Of a stretch of 64,000 nt of DNA, positions 26,995 through 36,194 are shown in pieces. A model generated the notes under the pieces. The model ran no database searches. It was given only the letters and a program-made list of their open reading frames with translations, and was not told the origin of the DNA. How positions within the stretch are numbered: the first letter of the stretch is position 1; the number at the start of each line of letters is the position of its first letter. Location of the stretch: NCBI GenBank assembly GCA_903847415.1, contig CAINDR010000015.1, positions 33,872-97,871 of the forward strand, read 5' to 3'. The DNA is from Candidatus Falkowbacteria bacterium (GTDB lineage Bacteria > Patescibacteriota > Patescibacteriia > Patescibacteriales > UBA12465). A program made the position numbers and the translations under genes.

Positions 26995-27082
26995 TTAGAA
27001 AAATTTAAATTAAAATATAAGTATAGTCGACCATTAATTTGTCCCCATGCCAAAAGACAAAGAGTGGTGACCAAAAAAAATT

Positions 27083-27229
27083 ATGAGCCCAATTAAAACT
27101 GAGCGACAAGAATGTGTTGTATATAGTCGAGTAGTCGGCTGGCTAACTCCTGTGCAAAATTTCAACAAAGGAAAAGCTGCCGAGTTTAAGGATCGCAAGA
27201 CTTATCAAGTTGAAAATTCCTGTTGTTAA
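27083..27229 (+). CDS. NrdD glycyl-radical peptide (48 aa, separate ORF; not in ORF track)
   Basis: MSPIKTERQECVVYSRVVGWLTPVQNFNKGKAAEFKDRKTYQVENSCC matches the NrdD C-terminal YSRVVGY..P..N.GK..EF.DR motif. Confidence 0.9.
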   Translation: MSPIKTERQECVVYSRVVGWLTPVQNFNKGKAAEFKDRKTYQVENSCC

Positions 27230-27311
27230 AAAAAATAAAAAATGGCTTCTTCCGGAATTTTAAAATAGGCAATGTGGTCTTTCGGACTTTCCGGAAAGCC
27301 AATTGAAACCT

Positions 27312-28034
27312 ATGAAAATTGGAGGACTTGAAAAATTAAGCTTGATTGATTATCCTGGTAATTTGTCAGCAATTGTTTTTACCACTGCTTGTAATTTTCG
27401 TTGTCATTTTTGTTATAATCCCATGCTTGTCTGGCCCTTAGAAGAGTTAGGCGGGATAGAATATAAGAACAAAGGTTTTTCCCCAATTTTGGAGGAAGAC
27501 CTTTTTCTTTTTTTACGAAGTAGAGTCGGGAAGCTAGATGGTGTGGTGATTACTGGTGGAGAGCCCACGATGCATAGTGATTTGCCAAAATTTATTCAGA
27601 AAATCAGAGAGCTAGGTTTTAAAATTAAATTGGACACCAATGGGACAAATCCAAAAATGCTTCGCGAAATGATTAATGACAATTTAATCGATTATTTAGC
27701 GATGGATTTAAAGGCACCATTAGATAAATACCAATCAGTGGTGGGGGTTGCTGTTGATTGCCAGAAGTTGCTAGAAAGTGTTAAAATAGTGGTGACTAGC
27801 GGCCTACCACATGAATTTAGAACTACAGTTACCCCTGGTTTATTGGAACTTGATGATTTTTTTGAAATGGGTAAAATCATTCAAGGTGCTGATGCTTGGT
27901 ATTTACAAAAATTTAAGTCCGATACTGACCTTGTTGACCCAAAATTTCAAGGGAAAAAAGCTTTTAGTATTCAAGAAATGGAAAAAATGGCTCAAATTGG
28001 TAGTGAATTTGTTAAACTTTGTCAATTAAGATAA
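27312..28034 (+). CDS. nrdG: Anaerobic RNR activating radical-SAM enzyme
   Basis: SLIDYPG, CNFRCHFCYNP, VITGGEPT, KLDTNG, EFRTT. Confidence 0.95.
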   Translation: MKIGGLEKLSLIDYPGNLSAIVFTTACNFRCHFCYNPMLVWPLEELGGIEYKNKGFSPILEEDLFLFLRSRVGKLDGVVITGGEPTMHSDLPKFIQKIRELGFKIKLDTNGTNPKMLREMINDNLIDYLAMDLKAPLDKYQSVVGVAVDCQKLLESVKIVVTSGLPHEFRTTVTPGLLELDDFFEMGKIIQGADAWYLQKFKSDTDLVDPKFQGKKAFSIQEMEKMAQIGSEFVKLCQLR

Positions 28035-28044
28035 ATCTACAAAT

Positions 28045-28284
28045 ATGTCAGAAGAAATGCCAAAAAATGATCAAGAGATAAAAGAATTATTAGAAAAAAA
28101 TCTTGCTTTAAGTCTAGAGATTGCTGAGAGCTTGAAGCATGTTCGCAGTTTTATAAAATGGCAAAATATCTGGGCGACAGCTCGGTTATTAATTGTTCTA
28201 GTTCCTTTAATTATTGGATTTTTGTATCTTCCGCCGTTGATCAAAGAATACCTTTCTAATTATCAACAGATTTTGAATCAATAA
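28045..28284 (+). CDS. Small membrane protein
   Basis: 79 aa, coiled N-terminus and one TM segment. Confidence 0.7.
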   Translation: MSEEMPKNDQEIKELLEKNLALSLEIAESLKHVRSFIKWQNIWATARLLIVLVPLIIGFLYLPPLIKEYLSNYQQILNQ

Positions 28285-28288
28285 ATAT

Positions 28289-30289
28289 ATGAATAGTGAA
28301 ATTGCAGTTTTTGCGCAAACAACTTATCGCAACGAATTTAAAAAATTTGGAATTAAAACTGACGATAGACGCCGTCATATGTATTTGATTGGAAAGACGG
28401 GTATGGGAAAATCAACAATCTTAGAGAACATGATTATTGATGATATTCGAGCCGGGAGAGGAGTAGCGGTTGTTGATCCACATGGAGATTTGGCTGAAAA
28501 AGTGATTGAATATATTCCTAGCGAAAGAATTGGTGATGTTGTTTATCTTAATCCTTCCGATATTGATTACCCAATGGCTTTTAACGTGGTTGAGCAAGTT
28601 GATTCCCACCTCCAGCATTTAGTTGCTTCTGGGTTAATTGGTGTTTTTAAAAAACTATGGGCTGATTCTTGGGGGCCACGGTTGGAATATATTTTACGTA
28701 ATGCTATTTTAGCAATTTTAGATTACCCAGGTTCAACTTTAATGGGCGTAGTCCGAATGCTTTCCGATAAAACTTATCGAAAAAAAGTAGTTGCTAGTAT
28801 TAAAGATCCGATGGTTAAATCTTTTTGGGAAAAAGAATTTGCTGGCTACGCAGATAAATTTGCCTCAGAAGCAGTTTCTCCAATTCAGAATAAAGTTGGT
28901 CAATTCTTGTCTAGTTCTTTGATGCGCAACATTATCGGACAAGTCAAATCATCAATCGATGTTCGTAAGATAATGGATGAGGGGAAAATTTTAATCATGA
29001 ATCTTAGTAAAGGCAGAATTGGTGAGGATAACTCTGCATTATTAGGAGCAATGATGATCACAAAAATTCAGCTAGCGGCAATGAGCCGGGTTGATATTCC
29101 CGAAAGCGAACGAAAAGATTTCTATCTCTATATTGATGAATTTCAAAATTTTTCCACTGATAGTTTTGCTAATATTCTTTCGGAAGCTCGAAAATATCGT
29201 CTTAACTTAGTGATGGCTCATCAGTATATTGAACAGCTTGGGGATGTTGTGAAGGCAGCAGTTTTTGGTAACGTTGGCACATTGATTGTTTTCAGAGTTG
29301 GAGCAGCGGATGCTGAAGAGTTGGTCAAAGAGTTTACCCCAACTTTTACCGAAGAAGATATTGTTAATTTGCCAAAATATGAAATGTATTTACGTTTAAT
29401 GATTGATGGCATCACCTCTAATCCTTTTTCTGCCAAAGGCTTAGTACCTTTGCGTGCTGATGAAAAAACTGGTAATACTGAAAAAATTATCAACTATTCT
29501 CGAGAAAAATATTCTGCTCCTCGGGCTTTAGTGGAGGAGAGAATTATGAAATGGCATGAAAGCGAAGATGATGAAAAAGATAAGGAGTTTGGCGAGAGAA
29601 AGGCTTTTCCGAAAAATAATCCTGGTAATTTTTTGCCAAAAAATAACCAGTTTACTTCAAAAACACAAACCTACTCTAACACCCAAGTTTCTAATACTAT
29701 TTCCAATACAGTTTCCAAGACGGATGTAACTGTGAGTCAGACTTCAGCTCCTCAAGCAGTGACACCACCACCAGCCAGCGTTAAACCGGTTTATGAAACT
29801 CTAGCAACACCAATTTTAACAAAGGCACCCCTAAAACCAAACACGCCGATTCAAAGTCAGACAACAAGCAGCAGAATCCCCGCAGGAAAAACATCAACTG
29901 AGTGTAGTAATTGTGGCACAATTACTTTCGTTTCTTTTCAACCAGATGGAATTCGTCCAGTTTATTGTCAAAACTGTTTGATAATTAAAAAAGAAGAAAA
30001 ACGTCAGGAGGCGGAGGCGCGTCAAAAATTGAAACAAGCCGAGTTAGAAAAAATAAAAGAAGTAGAAAAGAAAACTGAAAACTATGTTGATGAAGTTTTT
30101 GAAAGAACTGCTAACCTGCCAGAACCAGTTTCACTTGGTCAGCTTAATGATCTAAAGCCCGTTAATTTTAAGGGCAGAGAGATCAAGGAATCACCAGTCT
30201 CAGCAGTAAAAAATCTTAATTTTAACGATTGCGAGTCTATTGATGAAGGGGAGGAAATAGATTTTTCTCGAATTCCTGGTAGTAATTAA
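28289..30289 (+). CDS. TraD/TrwB/VirD4-like coupling ATPase with C-terminal CxxC-x17-CxxC domain
   Basis: HMYLIGKTGMGKS, DPHGD, YIDEFQNF, SEARKYR, AHQY; CSNC-x17-CQNC near C-terminus. Confidence 0.85.
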   Translation: MNSEIAVFAQTTYRNEFKKFGIKTDDRRRHMYLIGKTGMGKSTILENMIIDDIRAGRGVAVVDPHGDLAEKVIEYIPSERIGDVVYLNPSDIDYPMAFNVVEQVDSHLQHLVASGLIGVFKKLWADSWGPRLEYILRNAILAILDYPGSTLMGVVRMLSDKTYRKKVVASIKDPMVKSFWEKEFAGYADKFASEAVSPIQNKVGQFLSSSLMRNIIGQVKSSIDVRKIMDEGKILIMNLSKGRIGEDNSALLGAMMITKIQLAAMSRVDIPESERKDFYLYIDEFQNFSTDSFANILSEARKYRLNLVMAHQYIEQLGDVVKAAVFGNVGTLIVFRVGAADAEELVKEFTPTFTEEDIVNLPKYEMYLRLMIDGITSNPFSAKGLVPLRADEKTGNTEKIINYSREKYSAPRALVEERIMKWHESEDDEKDKEFGERKAFPKNNPGNFLPKNNQFTSKTQTYSNTQVSNTISNTVSKTDVTVSQTSAPQAVTPPPASVKPVYETLATPILTKAPLKPNTPIQSQTTSSRIPAGKTSTECSNCGTITFVSFQPDGIRPVYCQNCLIIKKEEKRQEAEARQKLKQAELEKIKEVEKKTENYVDEVFERTANLPEPVSLGQLNDLKPVNFKGREIKESPVSAVKNLNFNDCESIDEGEEIDFSRIPGSN

Positions 30290-30303
30290 AGAAAATTTTT
30301 ATT

Positions 30304-30879
30304 ATGTATTATTTAGTTTTTGATACGGAAACAACCGGATTACCGAAAAATTATAAAGCACCATTAGAAGATTTTGAAAATTGGCCACGTTTAGTTCAAA
30401 TCGCTTGGCAATTTTATGATGGTGACGGTAATCTTTGGGAGGAGGAAAGTCTGATTATTAAACCGGAGGGTTTTTTGATTCCAGAAGAGGTTGCGAAAAT
30501 TCATCGAGTGAGTCAGGAAAGAGCGCTCGAGGAAGGAATTCCTTTGTTAGAAGCTCTTAATAAATTTTCAGAAGCCATTAGTCGAGCTCATTTTTTAGTT
30601 GGTCATAATATTGAATTTGATAACAATATTGTTGGTAGTGAATTTTTACGAAATAAACAAAAGAATCACCTACTAGAAGCACAGAAGATTTGCACTATGA
30701 AATTAGGGGTTAACCTTTGCCGTCTACCGGGACGAAGTGGTTTTAAATGGCCAAATCTTGCGGAGTTGCATCAATTTTTATTTCAAGAAAGTTTTAGTGA
30801 TGCTCACGATGCTTTAATTGATGTTAAAGCTTGTGCTCGTTGTTTTTTTGAAATGAAGCGTCGTGGATTTATTAATTAA
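30304..30879 (+). CDS. DEDDh 3'-5' exonuclease (DnaQ-like)
   Basis: FDTETTG, HNIEFD, AHDALIDV. Confidence 0.9.
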   Translation: MYYLVFDTETTGLPKNYKAPLEDFENWPRLVQIAWQFYDGDGNLWEEESLIIKPEGFLIPEEVAKIHRVSQERALEEGIPLLEALNKFSEAISRAHFLVGHNIEFDNNIVGSEFLRNKQKNHLLEAQKICTMKLGVNLCRLPGRSGFKWPNLAELHQFLFQESFSDAHDALIDVKACARCFFEMKRRGFIN

Positions 30880-30887
30880 TTGTGTCT

Positions 30888-32504
30888 ATGAATTATTTAA
30901 AGATTGGCAAAGCAACGGATCTAACCGGTAAAGATTATCTTTTTTATCGTTTTTTGGAAATGTTACCAGGCTTATTTTCGCTAGTCACTCTTTTTGTTTT
31001 GTTAGTTCTTTCTTACTTTCAGCCGGTTTGGGTGGCTTATTTCATGATTGCCTTTGATGTTTACTGGTTGCTATTAGTAATATATTTAGCAATTTATTTA
31101 TTAGTTTCTTATTTTAAATTAAAAAAAGGCAAGGAAATTAATTGGCAAGAAAAATGCGAGAATCTTTCTTTGGAGAGTAGAAAGAAAGTATTAGACCAAG
31201 AATTAATTAGCAAGATTGAAAATAATGAAAACAGAGAAACAAGTCTTGCTTCAGCTGGTTTGTGTTGGGAGGATTTAATTCAAGTTGTCATTCTTCCAAA
31301 CGCTTTTGAAAGCGCAGAAATTGTCCGGACATGTTTAAATTCTTTGCTAAACGACGGTTTTCCTACCAAGCAAATGATTGTCGTTGTTGCTCTTGAAGCG
31401 AGATGTGGAGATCTTGCCATTGAAAAAGGAAACTTAATGCAAAAAGAATTTGGTGATCGTTTTCGAAATTTTTTAGTAACTTATCATCCAGACGGGATTG
31501 TTGGGGAATTAAAAGGCAAGGGAGCTAATCAGGCTTGGGCAGCAAAACAGGTAAAGAGCCAAATAATTGATCCAGAAGGTCTTGATTCAGCTAAAATTTT
31601 GGTTAGCGTTTTTGATATTGATACAATTTTATCGCCAGGATATTTTTATTGCTTATCTCATAAGTTTTTAACAGTAAATTCTCCTTATCGTTCTAGTTAC
31701 CAACCAATTCCAGTGTTTCATAATAATATTTGGAATGCGCCATTTTTTTCACGAGTTGCCGCTGCTTCAAATACTTTCTGGCAGATGATGATGCAAGTGA
31801 GACAGGAAAGCTTGGTCACTTATTCTTCTCATTCAATGACCTATCGCGCGCTTTTGGATATTGGTTTTTGGTCTACTAATATGGTTAGTGAAGATTCCAG
31901 AATTTTTTGGAATTGTTTGATGTACTATAATGGTGAATATCGAGTGGAACCTCTCTATCATTTAGTTTCAATGGATATTACTGCTGATAAAACAACTAGA
32001 TTAACTGTTCGTAGTTTATATAAACAACAGCGACGTTGGGCTTGGGGAGTGGAAAGCTTGCCTTATTTAATGTTTAATACAATTAAAAATTGGAAAAATT
32101 TAAAAAAGAAGCCAGTTGTTGGCCATATTTTGGTCCAAATTTATGGTTTTCATTCTTGGGCGACAAACGCTTTAATTATTGCGGTGATTGGTTGGATGCC
32201 AATGATTCTTGGTGGTGACCGCTTTAATTCAACAGTATTATCCGGAAACCTTCCAGCTATCTCTTCTTTTTTAATGAACTTAGCGATGATTGGAATGGTT
32301 TTATCCGCAATTATTTCTTCTTTGCTTTTACCAAAAAGACCAAAACAGTATTCAGCTTGGAAAAATATTGCTATGATTCTGGAGTGGGTTTGTGTGCCGA
32401 TTACGATTATTATTTTTGGAGCTATTCCATGTTTGGATGCGCAAATCAAATTATTAAGAGGAAAGTATATGGGATTTTGGATTACTCCAAAAATTAGAAA
32501 TTAA
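30888..32504 (+). CDS. Membrane glycosyltransferase family 2
   Basis: GKGAN, DID, SED, QQRRW motifs with flanking TM helices. Confidence 0.85.
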   Translation: MNYLKIGKATDLTGKDYLFYRFLEMLPGLFSLVTLFVLLVLSYFQPVWVAYFMIAFDVYWLLLVIYLAIYLLVSYFKLKKGKEINWQEKCENLSLESRKKVLDQELISKIENNENRETSLASAGLCWEDLIQVVILPNAFESAEIVRTCLNSLLNDGFPTKQMIVVVALEARCGDLAIEKGNLMQKEFGDRFRNFLVTYHPDGIVGELKGKGANQAWAAKQVKSQIIDPEGLDSAKILVSVFDIDTILSPGYFYCLSHKFLTVNSPYRSSYQPIPVFHNNIWNAPFFSRVAAASNTFWQMMMQVRQESLVTYSSHSMTYRALLDIGFWSTNMVSEDSRIFWNCLMYYNGEYRVEPLYHLVSMDITADKTTRLTVRSLYKQQRRWAWGVESLPYLMFNTIKNWKNLKKKPVVGHILVQIYGFHSWATNALIIAVIGWMPMILGGDRFNSTVLSGNLPAISSFLMNLAMIGMVLSAIISSLLLPKRPKQYSAWKNIAMILEWVCVPITIIIFGAIPCLDAQIKLLRGKYMGFWITPKIRN

Positions 32505-32513
32505 TTTTTTTCT

Positions 32514-32870
32514 ATGTCATCGAGTTTAAGACAAAAATTTTATACGTTTTTTTTAATAATTTTAATTATTTTAGTTTGTCTTCCTTTGTTGCGCAATTGG
32601 CGTCAAAAACAAATTATTGAAGATGAAATTCAGAATTTTCGAGAAGAGATTGCTGCGAAAGAAATTAGTAACAAGAAGCTTCGAGAAGCAATTACTTATC
32701 TGGAATCGGATTCTTCTTTGGAGGAAACTGCTCGTCTTAATTTAGGCATGAAAAAACCAGGAGAAAGTGTGGCGGTGATCAAAGAAGAAATTGCCACTTC
32801 TTCTCAATTAATCCAAGAGTTGAAAGTGGAGAGCAATTATCTTAAGTGGTTTAAATATTTTTTTAATTAG
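32514..32870 (+). CDS. Septum formation initiator (FtsB/DivIC family)
   Basis: TM plus coiled coil plus EETARLNLGMKKPGE motif. Confidence 0.85.
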   Translation: MSSSLRQKFYTFFLIILIILVCLPLLRNWRQKQIIEDEIQNFREEIAAKEISNKKLREAITYLESDSSLEETARLNLGMKKPGESVAVIKEEIATSSQLIQELKVESNYLKWFKYFFN

Positions 32871-32874
32871 TTTT

Positions 32875-33882
32875 ATGGTTGTTAATAACTTTTCTCATTT
32901 TATTAATTATTTTTTAAACATCCAAAATTCATATTTTTTGGCATTTTTTTATTTTCTTTTCTTCTTTTTGGTTTTTAAATTAATTAAATCATTTGCTATT
33001 TCCCGCTATCTAGGAGCTATTAAACAAAAAAGTCTTCAGGCCGGTGGTTACACAATTAATTTTGTTCGTTCAATCAAGCCTTGGTTTTATCTCTCTTTAG
33101 CTTTTTGGTTAGCAGCACAAGGATTGACCTTGCCAGTTATCTTGAGTCGCCTTCTTGATTCTTGTTTAGTGATGTCTGTTGCTTTGCAAATTGCTAATAT
33201 TTCTCGGGCCTTAATTAGTCATTTTTTAAAAAAAATAGCTGGTGATCGAGCATTGAAGAATTTTTCTGGTCCAATTTCTTTCTTAGTATTTATTTTGTTT
33301 ATTGTCCTGGGAATCCTTTTTGTTTTAGTTATTTTTGGAGTTGATGTCACTGCTTTAATTGCTGGCTTGGGGTTTGGTGGGGTTGCTATTGCGTTGGCTA
33401 CTCAAAAAATCTTCGGTGATTTATTCAGTGCAATTACTATTTATCTTGATCGACCTTTTGTTCCCGGAGATTTTATTGTTTTTAATAATGAAGGGGGAAG
33501 GGTGGAAAAAATTGGTTGGCGTAGTACTCGGCTACTTGCTGAATCTGGCGAGGAATTGATTATCGCTAACTCCTTGTTGGTTGCTGGAAAGATTAATAAT
33601 TTTAAGAAACAAGAAAAGCGACGAGGAGTTTTAAATTTAAGTTTTTCGTTTTTGAATTCAGAAGAAAAATTAAAATTAGTTAATCAGCTAGTTAGCGAAG
33701 CAGCCAAAGAGTCTAATTTAATTCTTGAAAGGAGTTCTTTTGTGAAGACAGTTAACACTTCTTTAATTTTAGAAATTATTTATTTTGGATCAACTAAACA
33801 AAATGAATATTTTTCTGCCACTGAAGACTTTCTTCTAAAAATTAAGAAAAAATCAGAAGAGGCGTCTATTTTGTTCGCTTAA
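32875..33882 (+). CDS. mscS: Small-conductance mechanosensitive channel
   Basis: AGLGFGGVAIALATQ, DRPFVPGDFI, GRVEKIGWRSTRL. Confidence 0.9.
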   Translation: MVVNNFSHFINYFLNIQNSYFLAFFYFLFFFLVFKLIKSFAISRYLGAIKQKSLQAGGYTINFVRSIKPWFYLSLAFWLAAQGLTLPVILSRLLDSCLVMSVALQIANISRALISHFLKKIAGDRALKNFSGPISFLVFILFIVLGILFVLVIFGVDVTALIAGLGFGGVAIALATQKIFGDLFSAITIYLDRPFVPGDFIVFNNEGGRVEKIGWRSTRLLAESGEELIIANSLLVAGKINNFKKQEKRRGVLNLSFSFLNSEEKLKLVNQLVSEAAKESNLILERSSFVKTVNTSLILEIIYFGSTKQNEYFSATEDFLLKIKKKSEEASILFA

Positions 33883-33886
33883 ATAA

Positions 33887-33910
33887 AAAACGCCCTTACT
33901 CGGGCGTTTT
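33887..33910. terminator. Bidirectional terminator between mscS and tRNA-Thr
   Basis: AAAACGCCC-ttactc-GGGCGTTTT. Confidence 0.7.
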
Positions 33911-33922
33911 CCTTCGTTTCTG

Positions 33923-33995
33923 AGCCCCCTACCGGAATTGAACCGACAACCTACGGTTTACGATACCGTTGCTCTACCAATTGAGCTAAAGGGGC
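33923..33995 (-). tRNA. tRNA-Thr(CGT), CCA not encoded
   Basis: Minus strand GCCCCTTTAGCTCAATTGGTAGAGCAACGGTATCGTAAACCGTAGGTTGTCGGTTCAATTCCGGTAGGGGGCT folds as a cloverleaf; TTGACT-17-TACAAT promoter upstream on minus strand. Confidence 0.95.
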
Positions 33996-34047
33996 GAGTA
34001 TTTATCGTTATTGTAATAAACATTCTATAATCAGTCAATTTGTTTTT

Positions 34048-35490
34048 ATGTCTCAAAAAAAATATTTTAGTTCAATTTTTTGTTTAATTTCTATTTTTTT
34101 TACTATTTTTCCAACCTTGCCGGCGTTAGCGGTTGTTGATGGTGGTATTTGGCAAGAAAGTTCTGTGGAATCTGAACCAGTCAATTCTTCTTGGCAGCGA
34201 ATGAGTGCTTGGTATGAAAATAAAACTGCCGAGGGGACTTCTTCGTTAGTTAAAATTAATTATTTTTCGCCAAGTGATAATGTGAAGCAAATTTTTTCTT
34301 TTAATTCCGAAACCAAAAAATGGCAAGCCTGGGCAAGTTTGGATGACCGTAAAAACGGTGTAGTTAGTACCACGGTTAATAACTCAGTTCGGGTTGCTTT
34401 GTTTGTTAAAAATGATTCCTTGGCCTTTGGGACAGCTTCCTGGTATCGCTATAAGAACGGTTTATTCGCGGCTTCTCCGGATTTTCCCAAAGGAACAAAA
34501 TTAAAAGTTACTAATTTAGATAATAGTAAAAGTGTTATTGTGACGGTGAACGATTATGGTCCAGAGAGAAACAAACATCCCGATCGAGCAGTCGACCTTG
34601 ACTTAGTTGCTTTTGAAAAAATTGCCAAAAAAAGTGTTGGCTTGATTAAAGTTAAAGTAGAGCCAGCAGAATTTGCTGTTGTTAGTCCTGGAGAATCAAA
34701 ACCAATTGTTAATCAGGAAAAAAAATCTTCATTGGAAGTAGTGGCTCCCTCGGCCATTTCTATTTGGGAGAAAAGTGGCAAGGTTGTTTATGAAAAAAAT
34801 AAAAACGAAAAATTGCCGATTGCTAGTTTAACTAAAATTGTTGCCGCACGAGTTTTTTTGGATACCAAGATTAGTTTAGATAAGGTGGTGGTTTATAAAA
34901 AAGCGGATGAAGATTTTAATTATCAATATTGTTCACCTTGGGAGTCGGCAAAATTAACTGTTAAAGATGGGGAAACAATGACCGTGAGAGATTTGCTTTA
35001 TTCAGCGTTAGTTGGTTCAGCGAATAATGCCGTTGAGTCATTAGTGAGAGTTAGCGGTTTAAAGCGCGAAGAATTTATTGCTAAAATGAATAGTACTGTG
35101 AAAAAATGGGGGGCAAAAAATACTAATTTTGTGGAACCAACTGGCTTGTCGCCAGAGAATATGAGTTCGGTAAGTGATTATGCTATAATAAGTAAGGAAG
35201 CCTTAAAGGATTTAAATCTGCAAAAAATTGATACTGCTAAAACTTATTCTTTTAAGACAATTAACACTAAAAAAGTTCATAACTTGAAAAATACTAGCAA
35301 GTTATTACAAGATAAAAATTATCAAATTACCGCCTCGAAGACTGGTTATCTTGAGGAAGCTGGACACTGTTTGATGAGTCGAGTAAAAGTGGGTAATGAT
35401 AATTTAATTGTTGTTATTCTGGGAGGGAAAAGTTCGACTTCCAGTCTCGAAGAAACCAAAAAAATTATTGATTACAGCGTTGCCAAATAA
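34048..35490 (+). CDS. RlpA-like domain fused to D-alanyl-D-alanine carboxypeptidase (peptidase S11)
   Basis: Signal peptide; GTASWY..VTVNDYGP..DLD (RlpA DPBB); IASLTK (SxxK), SAN, KTG. Confidence 0.88.
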   Translation: MSQKKYFSSIFCLISIFFTIFPTLPALAVVDGGIWQESSVESEPVNSSWQRMSAWYENKTAEGTSSLVKINYFSPSDNVKQIFSFNSETKKWQAWASLDDRKNGVVSTTVNNSVRVALFVKNDSLAFGTASWYRYKNGLFAASPDFPKGTKLKVTNLDNSKSVIVTVNDYGPERNKHPDRAVDLDLVAFEKIAKKSVGLIKVKVEPAEFAVVSPGESKPIVNQEKKSSLEVVAPSAISIWEKSGKVVYEKNKNEKLPIASLTKIVAARVFLDTKISLDKVVVYKKADEDFNYQYCSPWESAKLTVKDGETMTVRDLLYSALVGSANNAVESLVRVSGLKREEFIAKMNSTVKKWGAKNTNFVEPTGLSPENMSSVSDYAIISKEALKDLNLQKIDTAKTYSFKTINTKKVHNLKNTSKLLQDKNYQITASKTGYLEEAGHCLMSRVKVGNDNLIVVILGGKSSTSSLEETKKIIDYSVAK

Positions 35491-35507
35491 TCATTATCAT
35501 TATTTTT

Positions 35508-36188
35508 ATGATTCACTTGAAAAATATTTGCAAAACCTATAGTCATCGAACCAAAGTTCTCAGGGATCTTAATTTAAATATTCATCCCGGGGAATTTGTT
35601 TCGATTGTTGGGCAAAGTGGTGCTGGAAAAACCACTTTGGTAAAGATTTTGATTGGTGAAGAAAGAGTGGATAGTGGTCAGGTGGAAATTGGGGGCTGGG
35701 ACATTACCCGTTTGAGTCGCCGAGAAGTTCCTTATTTACGTCGTCAGATCGGAGTAATTTTTCAGGATTTTAAATTGTTACCAAAAAAGACATTAGCTGA
35801 AAACATTGCTTTTGCTTTAGAAGTTTCTGGGGGCACTAATGCCAAAATAAAAAGTATTGTTCCCAGTGTTTTAAAAATAGTTGGCTTAGAGGATAAAGCC
35901 GATCGTTATCCAACGGAAATTTCTGGTGGAGAGGCTCAAAGAGCGGCAATTGCTAGAGCTTTAGTTCATCAACCAAAAATTCTTCTTGCTGATGAGCCAA
36001 CTGGTAATTTGGATACGATTAATGCTGATGAAATTATCGACTTACTTTTAAGAATTAATCGTTTTGGAACCACAGTGATTTTAGTGACTCATAATCGGGA
36101 GATTGTTAATCGCTTGAATCGACGCGTGGTTGCAATGGAGAGGGGAGAGATTATTAGCGATCAAGAACATGGTAAATATGTATTATAA
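35508..36188 (+). CDS. ftsE: Cell division ABC ATPase FtsE
   Basis: [43 protein letters not shown]. Confidence 0.93.
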   Translation: MIHLKNICKTYSHRTKVLRDLNLNIHPGEFVSIVGQSGAGKTTLVKILIGEERVDSGQVEIGGWDITRLSRREVPYLRRQIGVIFQDFKLLPKKTLAENIAFALEVSGGTNAKIKSIVPSVLKIVGLEDKADRYPTEISGGEAQRAAIARALVHQPKILLADEPTGNLDTINADEIIDLLLRINRFGTTVILVTHNREIVNRLNRRVVAMERGEIISDQEHGKYVL

Positions 36189-36194
36189 AATTAT

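Noticed and set aside
26994-27083. Intron or frameshift joining nrdD to the radical peptide
   Set aside because: Gap is only 88 nt, AT-rich, with stops and no intron-like structure; the small ORF has its own ATG in the usual TTATG context
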